In this document: positions 13,200 through 28,687 of the stretch, one piece after another
Position numbering within the stretch: position 1 is the first letter of the stretch
How the letters are laid out: every line of letters begins with the position of its first letter
The notes under the pieces: generated by a model
The model's database searches: none
What the model saw: only the letters and a program-made list of their open reading frames with translations
Told to the model about the DNA's origin: nothing
Assembly (NCBI GenBank): GCA_951406725.2
Contig: OX597824.1
Location: 30,752,001-30,816,000, forward strand
Length of the DNA stretch: 64,000 nucleotides
Reading direction: 5' to 3'
From: Octopus vulgaris
Lineage: Eukaryota
Position numbers and translations under genes: made by a program

Positions 13200-14487
13200 C
13201 GAGGGGCGTTCAATAAATAATGCCTCTGACCCACTTGCAGTTGTTTGATCTAGCTGAAATTTTGCATGTGCAATTATTTATATCTCTATAGATTAAGTGG
13301 CAAATTACACCTCTGAACTAATTGTGGTTTCTGATTTACAGGTGTTTGAACTGAGTCAAGTGTGAAATGGAGCCTGTTGAGTGTCGAGCAGTGATCCGGT
13401 TTTTGTATTTGAAAGGACGCACACTACGGGAGACTTTTGATGAAATGAAAGTAACTTATGGTGATGATGCCCCATCATATGACCTTGTAAAACGCTGGCA
13501 TCGTGAATTCAAACATGGTCGGAACTCTGTGGAAACAGCTCCCATATCTGGTCGCCCCCTTCTGCCATTGATGAGGCATCTGTCCGTCAAGTTGAGGCTG
13601 CCGTTTTGGAAGATCGACGCATAACTATTCGCCAAATAGCCCATGAGGTCAAGATTAGTACCGGGTCTGTGGAAAATATCATTCATGACCATTTGCATAT
13701 GAAAAAGGTGTCTGCCAGATGGATTCCCAGGTTGCTCACACCTTTCCAGAAGCAAGAACGTGTCGATTGCTCGAGGATGAATTTGGAGATGTGCCAAGAA
13801 GATGAGTCAAAATTTTTGAAAAGACTGATTACACAGGATGAAACCTGGGTTCATCACTATGATCCAGAGTCCAAAGCCCACTCAATGCAGTGGAAGCACC
13901 GTGACTCACCTCCTCCAAAGAAGGCAAGGGTGCAGCGCTCCGCTGACAAGGTCAGGCTCACAGTCTTCTGGGACCAGGACCAGTGATGACAGATTTCCTG
14001 GCAAAGGGTGTCACAATTACAGGAGTCTATTATGCTTCACTTTTGAGGAAATTAAGAGAAGCTATCAAAATCAAGAGGCGGGGCAAGATCAGCAAAGGCA
14101 TCCTCCTCCTGCAGGACAACGCTCCGATCCACAACTCGTGTGTCGCCAGATCAGAAGCACAGGCGTGCCGCTATGAACTCATCCCCCATTCCCCCTACTC
14201 TCCTGACCTTGCACCCTCTGATTTTCACCTCTTCCCAGCCATGAAGTTGTTTTTGAAAGGAATGCGTTTCCCAGATGATGCAGCCTTGATTTCTGAAGTC
14301 ACGTCGTGGTTGGAGGACCAAGCTGGGGTCTTCTACAAAAATGGTCTGCAGAGCTGCATCAAACGATGGAAGAAATGCGTAACTCTGGGTGGTTCCTATG
14401 TAGAAAAAGACTAATAACTGTGCCAAGTTTCGTTGCTCTACTGCTATGGGAAGTGGGCCAGGGGCATTACTTATTGAATGCCCCTCG
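13200..14487 (+). mobile_element. Mariner (D,D34D) transposon, full length
   Basis: TIRs CGAGGGGCGTTCAATAA...TTATTGAATGCCCCTCG, TA on both sides, 1288 bp. Confidence 0.96.
13367..14414 (+). pseudogene. Mariner transposase, split by two frameshifts
   Basis: ORFs 13367, 13606 and 13983; WIPRLL, ITQDETW, LQDNAP...YSPDLAPSD with 34 residues between the last two catalytic Asp. Confidence 0.93.
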
Positions 14488-14522
<35 letters not shown>

Positions 14523-15254
14523 ATATATAATATATAATATATATATAAAATACAAAATGGGACAAGAACGCAAAACATCCGGACAACTAGGTGATACAAA
14601 AAGGGACAACAAAACATCCAGATAGACGATACAAAAAACACGGACGGGTCATTCGAAGCCTTTAATCTTCAGTCAACCGGAACATCCTCGCAATTATGGC
14701 TGATTAATCTTGAAATTGCTCCAATCTGGCCATCCAGACATGGCAGAATCGTTACCACGTCAGACAAAATGCTTAGCGACATTTCGTGTCTTTATGCTCT
14801 GCGTCCAAATTGCGCCGAGTTCGACTTAGACTTTACATTCTTTCAGGATCGATAAAATAAGTACCAGTCAAGTGGTGGGGTCAATTTAATCGACTTATCC
14901 TCCCATAAAATTACTGGCCTTGTACCAAAATTTGAAACCAATAATACACAGAAGCGTACTCTCCACGTAATTCTCATGCTGAATCTGCCTGACTTAGTGA
15001 GACAAGGTTGGAGCTTTCAGTCTATTCCACAATGTTACTATTTATCAGTTTTCACTTACAAAGTTTGAGCTGGCTCCAGGCAATGATAAAAACTCTTACC
15101 CGAAATGTCACACTCTCCGATCGAACCCAGGACCTCGTGCATACCTAAAGAACTAAATAGCGTACATGCATACGTGCGTACTCGCGCATGCACATATACA
15201 CTACACGTATATGTGTTACGAATGCACACACGCACATACACACACATAGTCACA

Positions 15255-15291
<37 letters not shown>

Positions 15292-15669
15292 TTTTATTCT
15301 TTTATTTGTTTCAGTCATTTGATTGCGGCCATGCTAGAGTTGAACGAATCGACCCCAAGGCTTAATCTTTGTAAGCCCAGTACTTATTCTAATGTCCTGT
15401 TTTGCCGAACCGCTAGGTTACGGGGATATACACACATCAATATCGGTTGTCAAGCGATGGGGTGGCGGTGGGGTGGGGTGGGGGGAGAGAATAAACAAAG
15501 ACACACATTCAACGGGCTTCTTTCAGTTTCCGTCTACTAAATCCACTCACAACGCTCTTGTCAGCCCTAGGCTATAGTAGAAGACACTTGTCCAAGGTGT
15601 CACTTAGTGGGACTGAACCGGAATCATGTGGTTGGGAAGTAAGCTTCTTATCACACAGCCACACCTGCG

Positions 15670-15718
<49 letters not shown>

Positions 15719-15858
15719 GCACGAGTAAGCACATAAATGCGAAACAAGGTGGAAAAAATAGTACTCGAATATCGGAGGAAGAGTAATATGCTTTTTTTCT
15801 TAATATTAACGCTGCAAAAACATCACAAAAAAAAAAATGATTATTCAATTCTTAATAG

Positions 15859-15900
15859 AACTGCCCTACGAACGGGAACGTGAAACTCTGAGTAGCAGTT
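15859..15900 (+). ncRNA. Hammerhead-like motif with altered core
   Basis: AACTGC-CCTACGA-ACG GGAA CGT-GAA-ACTC T GAGT-A-GCAGTT: all three stems perfect, core positions 4-5 changed. Confidence 0.5.
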
Positions 15901-15973
15901 TTTTGTGATGTTTTGCAGTTTTAATAATAATGAAAAAAAGTATATATATATATGTATATACATACACACATAT

Positions 15974-16015
<42 letters not shown>

Positions 16016-16469
16016 GAATATGTATGCGTGTGTATATTTATCTATGTATGTATAACGCATATACACTCAATGGCCCATCCTGTTTCGCCGTATGTATTAC
16101 AGCCGGAAGAAAAGTAATTGATATGTTCCTATTGAAAAAAGGTTGGCATCTCAGTGAGTATATGAACAACAACAACAACAACAACAACAACAGCAACAGC
16201 AACAACAACAACGTTAACAACAACAGCTACAAAAATAATAATGATTCCAAATTTTGGTACAATGCCAGCAATTTCAGAGGGCAAGTCAATTATATCGGCT
16301 CCAATGCTCAACTGGTACTTATTTATATCGGCACCGAAAGGTATGAAAGGCAAAATCGACCTCAGCGAAATTTGAACTCAGAACGTAATGAACCGCAAGA
16401 AATACTGCTGACCCTTTTGTCTGGTGCGGTAACGATTCTGCCAGTTCGTCGCCTTGATAATAATAATAA

Positions 16470-17170
16470 TGTACGTGCCATGTCTTGGTGTAAAAGATGG
16501 GTTACAGCAAATATTTTGCTCAATGCCACAGATTTGCTTGTCTGTTGTATGACTATAATCAGTTGACCATGTCCCAAAGTCGCTGTCGATATGTCCATCT
16601 CTGATCATGAGCAGAAGTAGTGGGTGACCATCATAGATATATGTTGAGAAAAATTCATTGGGGTTTAAATAATTCACCTCTGGAAACATGGGTGTTTCAT
16701 TCAACATCCTTAAATAACTCTTATTCAGGGACCTTTTGACTGGGATGGGTTACTGGACCAGAAGAAAATTGTAACTGGGCCCCACCTGCAGGGTCATGTG
16801 CTGTTTATCTTGATATGAGATCACCACGTCGCGCACATATGCTTCGTATATTTGTACATAATAGCCAAGTGTTGAGAGGAATTCTTAGACGTTTGGATAA
16901 TTCACCTTTGGAAACATGGGTGGTTCGTTCAACATCCTTAAACAATCCTTATTCAGGAACATTTTCGGCGGGATGGGCTACTCGACTTGAAGAAAATTCT
17001 AACTGGGTCCCACCTGCAAGGTCATGCGCTGTTTATCTTGATATGAGACCACCATGTCACGCACATATGGTTGTGATGCATGTGACTGGTGTACCTTTAT
17101 CAGATGGGTAGTCATGATGGGTATACGGCGCTTCGTTTATTTTACCCAAGTGTCACTTTGCTCTCTCATT
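16470..17170. repeat. Interspersed repeat next to (AAT)n/(TAG)n, with internal ~170-bp duplication
   Basis: Matches 24100-24615; 16670-16840 is repeated at 16897-17075. Confidence 0.75.
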
Positions 17171-17171
17171 C

Positions 17172-17211
<40 letters not shown>

Positions 17212-17421
17212 ATAATCCTTTCTACTATATGCACAAGGCCTGAAATTTGGGGGAGGGGAATAGTCGATTGCACCGACCCCGATACTCAACTGGTACTTAA
17301 TTTTTCGACCCCGAAAGGAATTTTAACTTAAATTATGCACACGGACGAACTCCGCTAAGCATTTTGTCCGGCATGCTATTATTAAGCTCGTGCCATAATA
17401 ATAATAATAATGATAATAATG

Positions 17422-17472
<51 letters not shown>

Positions 17473-17650
17473 GTCTCAAATTTTGGCACAAGGCCAGTGA
17501 TTTTGGGGAAGGGAGTGAGTCGATAACATCGACTCCAGTGTTCAAATGATACTGATTTTATCGAGCCCAGAAGGCAAAGGCAAAGTCGACCTCAGCGAAA
17601 TTTGAACTCAGAACATAAGGACAGACGAAACGCCGCTAAGCACATTGCCC

Positions 17651-18920
17651 GTGAAGTCTGCCTCAGAGAGGGTTGCTTCGGTTCTTTCATCCGGCTTCTT
17701 CATGAAGACTTCCTGCAGATGGAAGTGTTGAATTGGCGTTGGCTGGAACGTTCGACGAATAACCGCCCGAGGAATGACTGTATCGATGGCGGCATCCGGC
17801 TGTGAGAGCGCCGAGACACGTTTCGCCTGCATATCTACGAGTTCATTGCCGCGGAGGTTACAATGGCCAGGCACCCAGATCACCGTCAAAATCTTGCCAG
17901 CTGTTACTAGGGCTGCTGTTTGTTGCAATTCTTTAATTGTCGGGTCTGGAGGGAACGGGTTGTCTAACGCTTCAACCAATAATTTACAATCGCAGACTAT
18001 AGCTGCGGAGGCCCAGTTGTCATTGGCCTTTAGCCACCGGAGGGCTTCGTTAAATGCTGCTCTCTCGGAGTGGAATGAGCTGTTGTGAGCAACAGTAGGG
18101 CCGTGCCATTCGTGGACCACCGCATCGTATATCAGCACCACCACACCGGCGCCGCCATTGGTTGTGCCTTCACTAGTTGAGCCATCAGTGTAAAGTGGTA
18201 CGTCAGGGGAATCGGGTAGGCTGGCAAGTGTTTGTTGAGTTGCCAGCAGTTATACATCGACGGGCATCTGCTTCATGGTGGGAGTGTAGACGGCAGTAAG
18301 GGAAGGGGGATTTTTCCATGGCGTACGTTGGAGAGGGGGAACGAGGGGGACAGTGTTCAGTCGTGCTAAGGCTGGGAGCTGTTGACTTCTCCAGTATGTT
18401 CGCTTGAGTCGTTTGTGGGTGTAGGTGTTCAGAACTTTATAACGCTCATCGTCTTGAAGTAGGTTTGCCCATGCATCTGCTTTGAGGAGTGAAAAGGTAG
18501 AAAAGTGAGATGGAAGTGTTGATAATTGGGCTTCCGCAAGGACCGCTTCGGTAGGAGTCGTGCGTATTTGTTTGGTGATCAGTCTAGCTGCCTCTAGTCG
18601 CGTTCTCTCGAGTTTGCCGATGTTTGTGGCTGACAACCAGGGAGTCCAGGCTGGCGCTGCATATTCTGCTAGGCTACGTTGAGTCGCAATGTAGACCTGA
18701 CGGAAATCTGCCTTATTCCATCCCCAGTTGGTGCTGGATAGGGCACGGAGCAGATTATTTCGCAGATTATTTCGTACGACAATGTTATTGACATGCTCGC
18801 CGAAGGTGAGTTGTCGGTTGTAGATGACCCCAAGGAATTTAGGATTGGGATTGTGGGCTAGGAGTGCTCCGTTGATGTTGATTATCGGTTTCCACTTTGA
18901 TTCCGCGCTCTCTATGCTGA
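17651..18920 (-). mobile_element. Non-LTR retrotransposon fragment (RT C-terminus + RNase H; I/Ingi-like)
   Basis: KFLGVIYNRQLTF, RSLAEYAAPAW, LYTDGS, WVPGHCNLRGNELVD; stop at 18250. Confidence 0.88.
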
Positions 18921-19215
18921 CGACCGGAGTTGCAAAAATCATGTATCTCCGAGTTCTTTTCATCCTTGCGGGCGACATCGAGTTGAACCCTGGTCCTTCG
19001 TGTTCCGGTTGTGGCAAATCAATCCGCTGCGACTTTGTTCCGATCGTCTTTACAACATGCAGTCGCTCCTTCCACAGATCCTGCTCCGGCCTGACTCGAG
19101 CTCAGAAAAGTCTTCAAGGCTTCGTATGTGGGTTTTGTCGGGGGAGCATTGTCGTGCTACGCCGCAGCCACCAGTCGACCCCACCCTCAGATGTCACCTC
19201 TGCAAAGTCAAACTC
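18920..19215 (+). mobile_element. Inverted 5' piece of a LINE ORF: 2A-like motif + PHD-like finger
   Basis: LFILAGDIELNPGP (DIELNPGP at 18974-18997) followed by CSGC...CSRSFHRSC...CGFC. Confidence 0.8.
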
Positions 19216-19336
19216 GCTGCTGTCGCCGCCGCCGCCGCCTCAGCCGCCATCACCAATTTCTTTTATTTATTCATTTATTTATTTAAAGTACAATTTAAAC
19301 TATTATACAAACTATAAATATACTAATTGATGTATA

Positions 19337-19387
<51 letters not shown>

Positions 19388-19946
19388 GTGTGTGTACGTC
19401 TGCGTGTATTACATGTTTGTGGTTAGCTTTGACGTAAATGAAATTAAAACTTCAAACTGGTATCAACTTGTTTTCAGCGACATCGGGTTTTTTACATTAA
19501 TCAATTTTAAATTAATGCGAATTCCAGCTGCAAAGAAATTCGTAGATAGACGATTTATGGTCTTATTGACTTCATGGTACACTGGAGGCCAAATATATAT
19601 ATATATATTCTTTTATTCTTTTACTTGTTTCAGTCATTTGACTGCGGCCATGCTGGAGTACCGCCTTTAGTCGCGGAGGACTTATTCTTTGTAAGCCTTG
19701 TACTTATTGTATTGGACTCTTTTGCCGAAACGCTAAGTTACGAGGACGTAAAGATACCGGCATCGGTTGTCAAGCGATGTCGGACACACACACACACACA
19801 CACACACACATACGACGAGCTTCTTTCAATTTCCGCCGACCAAATCGACTCACAAGGCTTTGGTCGGCTCGAGGCTACAGTATTGGCACTGAACCCGAAA
19901 CCATGTGGTTGGTAAGCAAGCTAAATACCACACAGCCACTCCTGCA

Positions 19947-20085
<139 letters not shown>

Positions 20086-20328
20086 GGGTAAAATTAATTA
20101 TTCAATTAATAATTAATAAGTTTTCCAAGTAGTTCGGTATATCAAAAGAACCATTATCGGGGTAAACTTATACAAAAATTCTATAATTATGAGCATAATT
20201 ATAATTAGGGTTCAGCAAAATTTGCTTCACCACATACCGAAATTTAGAAATAGCAGTTAAAATACTATTCTACTACCATAAGATATCTCCCAGACAGCAA
20301 TACTCATAATTATGATCATAATTATAGA

Positions 20329-20349
<21 letters not shown>

Positions 20350-20374
<25 letters not shown>

Positions 20375-21540
20375 GCTTACGTAGCAGGATGGCGGTGCAT
20401 AAATCACAAATTAGAAACCCTGATTACCGCAAAATACCGGTCAGCGGACACATAGATAGATGTGCTGGAAATGTAAATCCGAAATTTACATCTAACCCGC
20501 TCTATAAATTCAGTGACAACGCAACCTTCACACAACGCCAAAATAAAGAACTATATTTCATAAAAAAATTTAGACTAAGTTTAAACACCCTGGGCCAGGA
20601 ATACTAAAACAAAAAATAAGTCCTCCGAAAAGGAGAAGCAAAATTCCACCACGGCCGCTACCTTAAACAGACACTCGCACTGACGGAAATATGCCTTAGT
20701 AAAAAATGGAAAAAAAAATTCTTTCGTGCAAATCTGACCCTGATACATACGATACAGCTAAGGGTCAGACCCGATTCTGATTGGTCAACACGTTGATGAC
20801 GTCTAGTTCTACTAGAATGGACAGGATACAAACAGGGGATAGTCATTAGTCAGAATATTGATGACGTCCTTTTTCTGCTTGACTAGTCACCTAACAAGTA
20901 CAGACAGGGGGCAGATCTAATGTAGCTATAAGTCGTGATTGGGCAGAATCTGGATGACGTCCCGTTCTGCTTGACTAAGCCACCTAACGAAGCGACTGGT
21001 CAAAACAGGAAACGGACAAGAGGCAGTTATAATACAGCGATTGGTCAAAATGATGATGACGTCCCGTTCTGCTTGACTAAAGCCACCTAACGAAACGATT
21101 GGTCAAAACGTTGATGACGTCACGCTACGCTGGACTGACCACCTAACAGGCATTATAAAACCGAGCAATTCACAAGACTCACTAGAACCACCCAGCGAAC
21201 ACCCACCATGGGTCATCACAATTGCTTAAGGTAAAAATGAATTCCTCGTTCTTTCGGAAACATCAATCTTCTATATTGACTGCTTTCCACCACTTTGATC
21301 TGTTTTTTGTATTGAATACGTATCGCCACCGTGGGCCACTGCATCGAACACTTTGAACATATAGCATGAATGAACTTACTTCAAACTATATATCAACTAT
21401 ACATGAACTCTAAGATGTCTGACTCCGTTGTGTATTATAAATGAATTTCTTGTGTTTGACGGCATGAGCTGTCTTTTTTTATATATAACTTTTTTTGATA
21501 AGGTTCATTTCAGGAACTGAAACATGTTATAATGTATATA
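20350..21540 (+). mobile_element. 3' remnant of a second Penelope-like family
   Basis: ORF 20389-20607 (HKSQIR...VSGHIDRC...RQNKELYFIKKF..SLN) resembles a GIY-YIG C-terminus; decayed hammerhead at 21495-21532; (TA)n at both sides. Confidence 0.65.
20778..21160 (+). promoter_or_regulatory. Array of five inverted-CCAAT + CRE-like modules ending in a TATA box
   Basis: ATTGG (one ATTAG) at 20780, 20845, 20938, 21040, 21098, each with TGACGT starting 17 nt later; TATAAAA at 21154. Confidence 0.55.
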
Positions 21541-21624
21541 TAAAAATTAAAAATTGTATAATATAGCAGCATTTTCGAACTTCATTTTTTACAAATATAT
21601 ACCTACTCGTATACGAGCTAATCC

Positions 21625-21702
<78 letters not shown>

Positions 21703-22354
21703 GTATGTATGTATGTGTTGTTGACGGCATAAACATATAGAAACTTCGGAGAATATGAAATGATTTGCTTTTCTTTCAACGGTTCAACTCGAAGTTGGAA
21801 AGATATAAACAATAGTGTTTAAATATTGGGTTAAAATCCTCTTTCGATAGAAAAAGTCGACGGCTGCATGTGGACTTCTGTGACCATTATATATAATATT
21901 GGTGGACTGTGTGATAGAAAGTTTTACGAAAATTGATTTAAAGTTTAAAATAAAGAATAAAGGAACATGTCACTTATTTTCTTTTATTAATCCTGTTTGA
22001 GTGTCAAAACATAGTTTTAAGAGACATATTGTTTTGCGCTGAGTGGTGGTGTTGAAGACCCTTGTTCGAAAATATAAGGACAAAGATCCTGTCGTATAGC
22101 CAGATGGAGACGATGTCTCATGTGGCTAAATTACAGCAATATTCGTCCTAAACCAGGACTGCCGTGTTATGTTGGCAAATAACCTTTACTCTGTAGTTTT
22201 AGTGGTTTAAGAATTAGTGTGGATTCTGTAAAAAATGACTGAAAAATCCACGGTGCACCGTTTGAGAAACATCGAAATATTTGTATGTATGTATGTATGT
22301 ATGTATGTATGTATGTATGTATGTATGTATGTATGTATGTATGTATGTATGTAG

Positions 22355-22550
22355 GGAGAGTTTACGAAAAAAACAACAACAAAAGACGAAGACTGGTGGC
22401 GTACAAAACAAACAGATGTATTAGAGTATAACGCTCAGGAATAGAAAAAGTCTTTTACATTTCGAGCCTACGCTCTTCTACAGAAAGGGACACAGAAAAA
22501 ACAAGGAGAGAAAGAAATGAGTGTAGTGGATAACGATCTATCATGGCGTC
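22355..22550 (-). mobile_element. Solo terminal repeat of the 57-60 kb Penelope family
   Basis: Same sequence, flanked by (TATG)n on both sides. Confidence 0.8.
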
Positions 22551-23320
22551 TGTATCATGTATGTATGTATGTATGTATGTATGTATGTATGTATGTATGT
22601 ATGTATGTATGTATATATGTATGTACACACACATACACACGCACACACTCACACACGTAAACGTTGCCTGGGGATCAATAGTAATCAGCAGGAGTGAAAT
22701 GTTAACATAGCATATCCGTTACTCCACTATCTGCTTGTTACAAGAGAAGGACCTAAATGAATTTAAATATTAAAATATCTATCTGTGAGAGAAAAGTAAG
22801 AACGTAAGCACATTTCTTCTAAACTTTTGGTATGTTGAAATATAAGGTTATGATTCCTTAAACACTTTCCACTTTACGAAAATGGAGCATTCAGAATAAT
22901 GATACTGAGATATGAAAATCAACAAAGAAGTACATAAAATATGTATTTCCATCATCAGCTGCCAAATGGATATCAGTATGGTTTCGACACCTGAGTATTA
23001 CCATTTAATCCAGCGAACTTAACAGCGTTACGAACATAAACGCCGCCGGAGAATTAATTGCAACCTGCACTGCAAGAGCGAAACAGGACAGTATGTCCAT
23101 TCCGCCAATATTTGTACGTTACTGCAAATACGGGTAAGTGGATATATTGAAGGAAAGAGGCACTCAGAAAATTTTGTAGGAGTTACATATATTATTATTT
23201 AAGACGGTTTGATTAGAGAGTCCTACATCTCTCCATTCGGACGTCTGAGTCCGATACGCTAGGTTTCTGTGAGGAGCCTAGGAAACTTTAAGTTGCATTG
23301 ACCCGAATCAAACGGCTTTA

Positions 23321-25073
<1,753 letters not shown>

Positions 25074-25374
25074 TCTACTATAGGCACAAGGCATGAAATT
25101 TTAGGGTAGGCGAAAGTCGATTACATCATGTGTGTATGTAGCTTTTATCTTCTATCTTTTACTTGTTTCAGTCATTAGACTGCGGTCATACTGGAGCACC
25201 GCCTTGAAAATGTTTTTAGTCGAATGAAACGATCCTAGTATCTATTTTAAGCCGAATGAAACTGTTTTAAATAATGATACAAGTAACTCTTACAATTCTT
25301 ACTAAATGTGCTGAGTGCCTTTTTCCTTAGTTTGTCGATTTGTCCACTCGTATTTTATATGTACATATATGTAC

Positions 25375-25405
<31 letters not shown>

Positions 25406-25475
25406 TGTATGTATGTATGTATGTATGTATATAGATGTATATATGTATATAGATGTATATATGTATATAGATGTA

Positions 25476-25515
<40 letters not shown>

Positions 25516-25632
25516 CATCTATGTATCATGTATATGTGTGTGTGTGTATCCGTCTGTGTGTGTGTGTATGTGTGAGTGAGTGCGTGTTATATGGATAAAC
25601 GTTTCGCAGTTATATCGAACATTCTTGTGTAA

Positions 25633-26020
25633 GGACAGGAGTAGCTGTGTGGAAAGTACCTTGCTTGCCAACCACATGGTTCCGGGTTCAGTCCCACTGC
25701 GGGGTGCCTTGGGCATGTGTCTTCTACTATAGTCTCGGGCCGACGAAAGCCTTGTGAGTGGATTTGGTAGACGGAAACTGAAAGAAGCCCGTCGTATATA
25801 TGTAGATAGATATGTGTGTGTTTGTGTGTCTGTGTTTGCCTCCTCAACATCGCTTGACAACCGATGCTGGTGTGTTTAGACCCCGGTAACTTAGCGGTTC
25901 GGCAAAATAGACCGATAGAATAAGTACTAAGCTTACAAAGAATAAGTCCTGGGGTAGATTTCCTCGACTAAAGGCGATGCTCCAGCATGGCCGCAGTCCA
26001 TGAAACAAGTAAAAGAGTAA
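25633..26020 (+). mobile_element. tRNA-derived SINE family B (representative)
   Basis: GCTGTGTGG...GGTTCAGTCCCACTGCG...GTAGACGGAAACTGAAAGAAGCCCG; other copies at 6100-6270, 15290-15670, 19610-19948, 31480-31890, 36900-37050, 42950-43065. Confidence 0.85.
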
Positions 26021-26501
26021 GGACGATTAAAAATAGAACGAAATCTCACAATATAATCGTGAAGTGTCACGATTAGGGTAACCACACCGGATGGCACCAA
26101 TTTTAGCATAAGCGTTGTGACGAAAGCGTTATGTACTATTGTTTGCTGAATTTAAATATAACTTCAACTCTTTCCTATGCTGCTTACACAATGCTTAGTT
26201 TCTCCTCTCTTTTAGCAGAATCACTGGATAAAAAAATCATTTTAAACATATTTCATATTAAGATTACAACAATAAAAGATTTTTCACTCTTACACACATT
26301 AATATTTGTTTTTATATCGAGTTATAATAAAAACAATTTTATACTAAACTGAAATATTACTCAATACTTTCTGTAAAGTACATATACTTTTACAAGAATA
26401 GTATTGATAATAACTATGAAGTTTCAGTCAGCTATCCTTCGTTTCCGTTGGGTAGTCCGACAAAGACTAGCAAGTCACTGCTACCACGCGTCATGTAAAA
26501 G

Positions 26502-26575
<74 letters not shown>

Positions 26576-26659
26576 ATATGTGTATTTCCTTCTTTCCTGA
26601 GCGTCCAATGATACTATACTTATTCCACGTCCTCGCGTTGTTGTGTTTTCATGTTTGGT

Positions 26660-26731
<72 letters not shown>

Positions 26732-27349
26732 TACGGAGATGTACTTGCATAGTGAGTGACTTGATCTGAGTTCGTGTGCTGGAACGAAAACAATTGCAGC
26801 GTGGAAGGTGTTTATAAGCCATTTAAGAAACACACAAAACCGTTAGATTCATTTCAACATTTAAATTTAATTTGTCAAAATATTTTCGTTGCTTTGAGAC
26901 CGCGACCTGTTCACTGACAAAACTTCGTGCTGCATCACGATGCAGCGAGAGTGTAGCAAAACAGTTTTAAATATTTTTAATTACTCCTCCAGTAACTTTG
27001 AAGTAAAGCTAAGGTCACGCAGCTACGTTGTGTCTGCTTTGTAAGTACAAAAAGGATCACTTCAAAAATAAAGAGTTTAATTAAATACCCTTATCTACTG
27101 AATTCCCCAACAACGCTAAACTTCCGGTACTAAAGCATTTTGAGCAATCAAACGAAGCTGGAGCTTATAGCGATAGAAAAGTCTCGTCTCCTCTGATTCA
27201 ACATTCTAGGCTACTTGTTCCTCTATTACTATCACAAAGAAATTTAAATGACCTATTTCATAGTTTGAATTTATCTAGGAGCAAACAGAATTTGTGGGGA
27301 CAAGATCAAATGATCGGCTTCTGTTGTAACGCGAGAGTAAAATTTGTTT

Positions 27350-27870
27350 TCTGTAACCACCGTCGAACAAATTCGTCGCAGGTCAAATTCGCTGTGGGAC
27401 AAATTCGCCGTATGGTGTATTATATCAACACATTTTTTTCTTTTTTTAAAAAAAGAATGATAAAAGGTTTTATAAGAGCATTAAATAGGCAAGTCTTTAT
27501 TCAACGTGAAGCACTAAAAAACTTGATAAGGTCATTTAAAATGTCGCGAAAATTCCAAGCAATGCTGCGTAAATAATGTACTTTTTGCTGCCGATTGCAT
27601 CGAAGCATTCGTCTCTTAGTTGCACAGAAATGTTTATCAAAAGAGACACAAGCAGAATGTAAATTAGATAATTCATTTTAAAGAAATTACCTTTCTCTGA
27701 TTTGTAGATTTGTTGATGAAGTTGCTATTGTAAGAAAACAGCGAATTTCTTTTTGCAATTTAATATTTTTTTACGGCGAATTTTCCTATACGATAAATTT
27801 TCCAACAGCAAAACTTCTTACGGCGAATTTTCGTACGGTGAAAATGTTCACAATGGCATTTTCTGTAATC
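27350..27870. mobile_element. Decayed DNA transposon with tandem subterminal repeats (MULE-like)
   Basis: Repeated AAATTCG(C/T) units at the left end and inverted GGCGAATTT units at the right end. Confidence 0.45.
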
Positions 27871-28389
27871 GTAATTGTTAAGATGTCAAATCAGTACGTC
27901 AAATCATCTACATGTACAAAATACAAGTGTAAAACAATCTTCCAAGTACAATATACAACGCTAAGGTTTTAGCATTGTATATGCATTGTATAATCATACG
28001 CATAATAGAATATACAATGTTAAGGTTTCAGCAAGTCAGGGATGGGGTCTTTAAAATAAACATTATGTAGATGAGTAACGATCGTTCATAGATTTCTAAA
28101 AACTCAGCTTGAAAGTAGTTCTTCACAACAGAAATAAATTTTCTTCCGTATTTGTGGTACATGCTGCAAACATGAAAGAGTCATACAGCATGCATTTAGA
28201 AAACCTTGATTGTTATATGAATTAAATATCTGTGGAGGTCATTATACGTTTGATAAATTTACAGTTTGATTATATTAAGTACCGTGGTTTATTTATGTGA
28301 GGGATACAGTAAGATCAAGTAAAATAGTTTAGAAAAATTGATCCAGCTACGGAAAATGATTTGAATGGTTCACTTGTTCACTTTGAGAA

Positions 28390-28640
28390 AGTGTTTCTTC
28401 TTCCATTACATATCAAACATGGACGAAAATATCTTGTAAAAGCAATAAATAAAGCACATACTGGATTGAAATGCTTGCGAGATAAATCCCTCTGAATCAT
28501 AGACAAAAGAAAACATTTTTGTAGGCCCTTCAATCAAAAAATTATTTAGAGATGTTGAGAGAGCTACATGGTAAAGACTTAAAAGTGTCTAAGCATACAT
28601 TTTGGGAAAATAACAGAGCCGAAAGCTATTCTGAAATAGC
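28390..28640 (+). mobile_element. Decayed DNA transposase fragment
   Basis: Broken translation LLPLHIK...KENIFVGPSIKKL...NRAESY resembles a widespread invertebrate transposase family. Confidence 0.4.
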
Positions 28641-28642
28641 AG

Positions 28643-28687
<45 letters not shown>

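Noticed and set aside
14645-14695. CTGAAGA...GAA on the minus strand
   Set aside because: Stems I-III cannot be formed convincingly.
26870-26925. Hammerhead-like GAAAATATTT with flanking stem (minus)
   Set aside because: No recognisable CUGANGA core.
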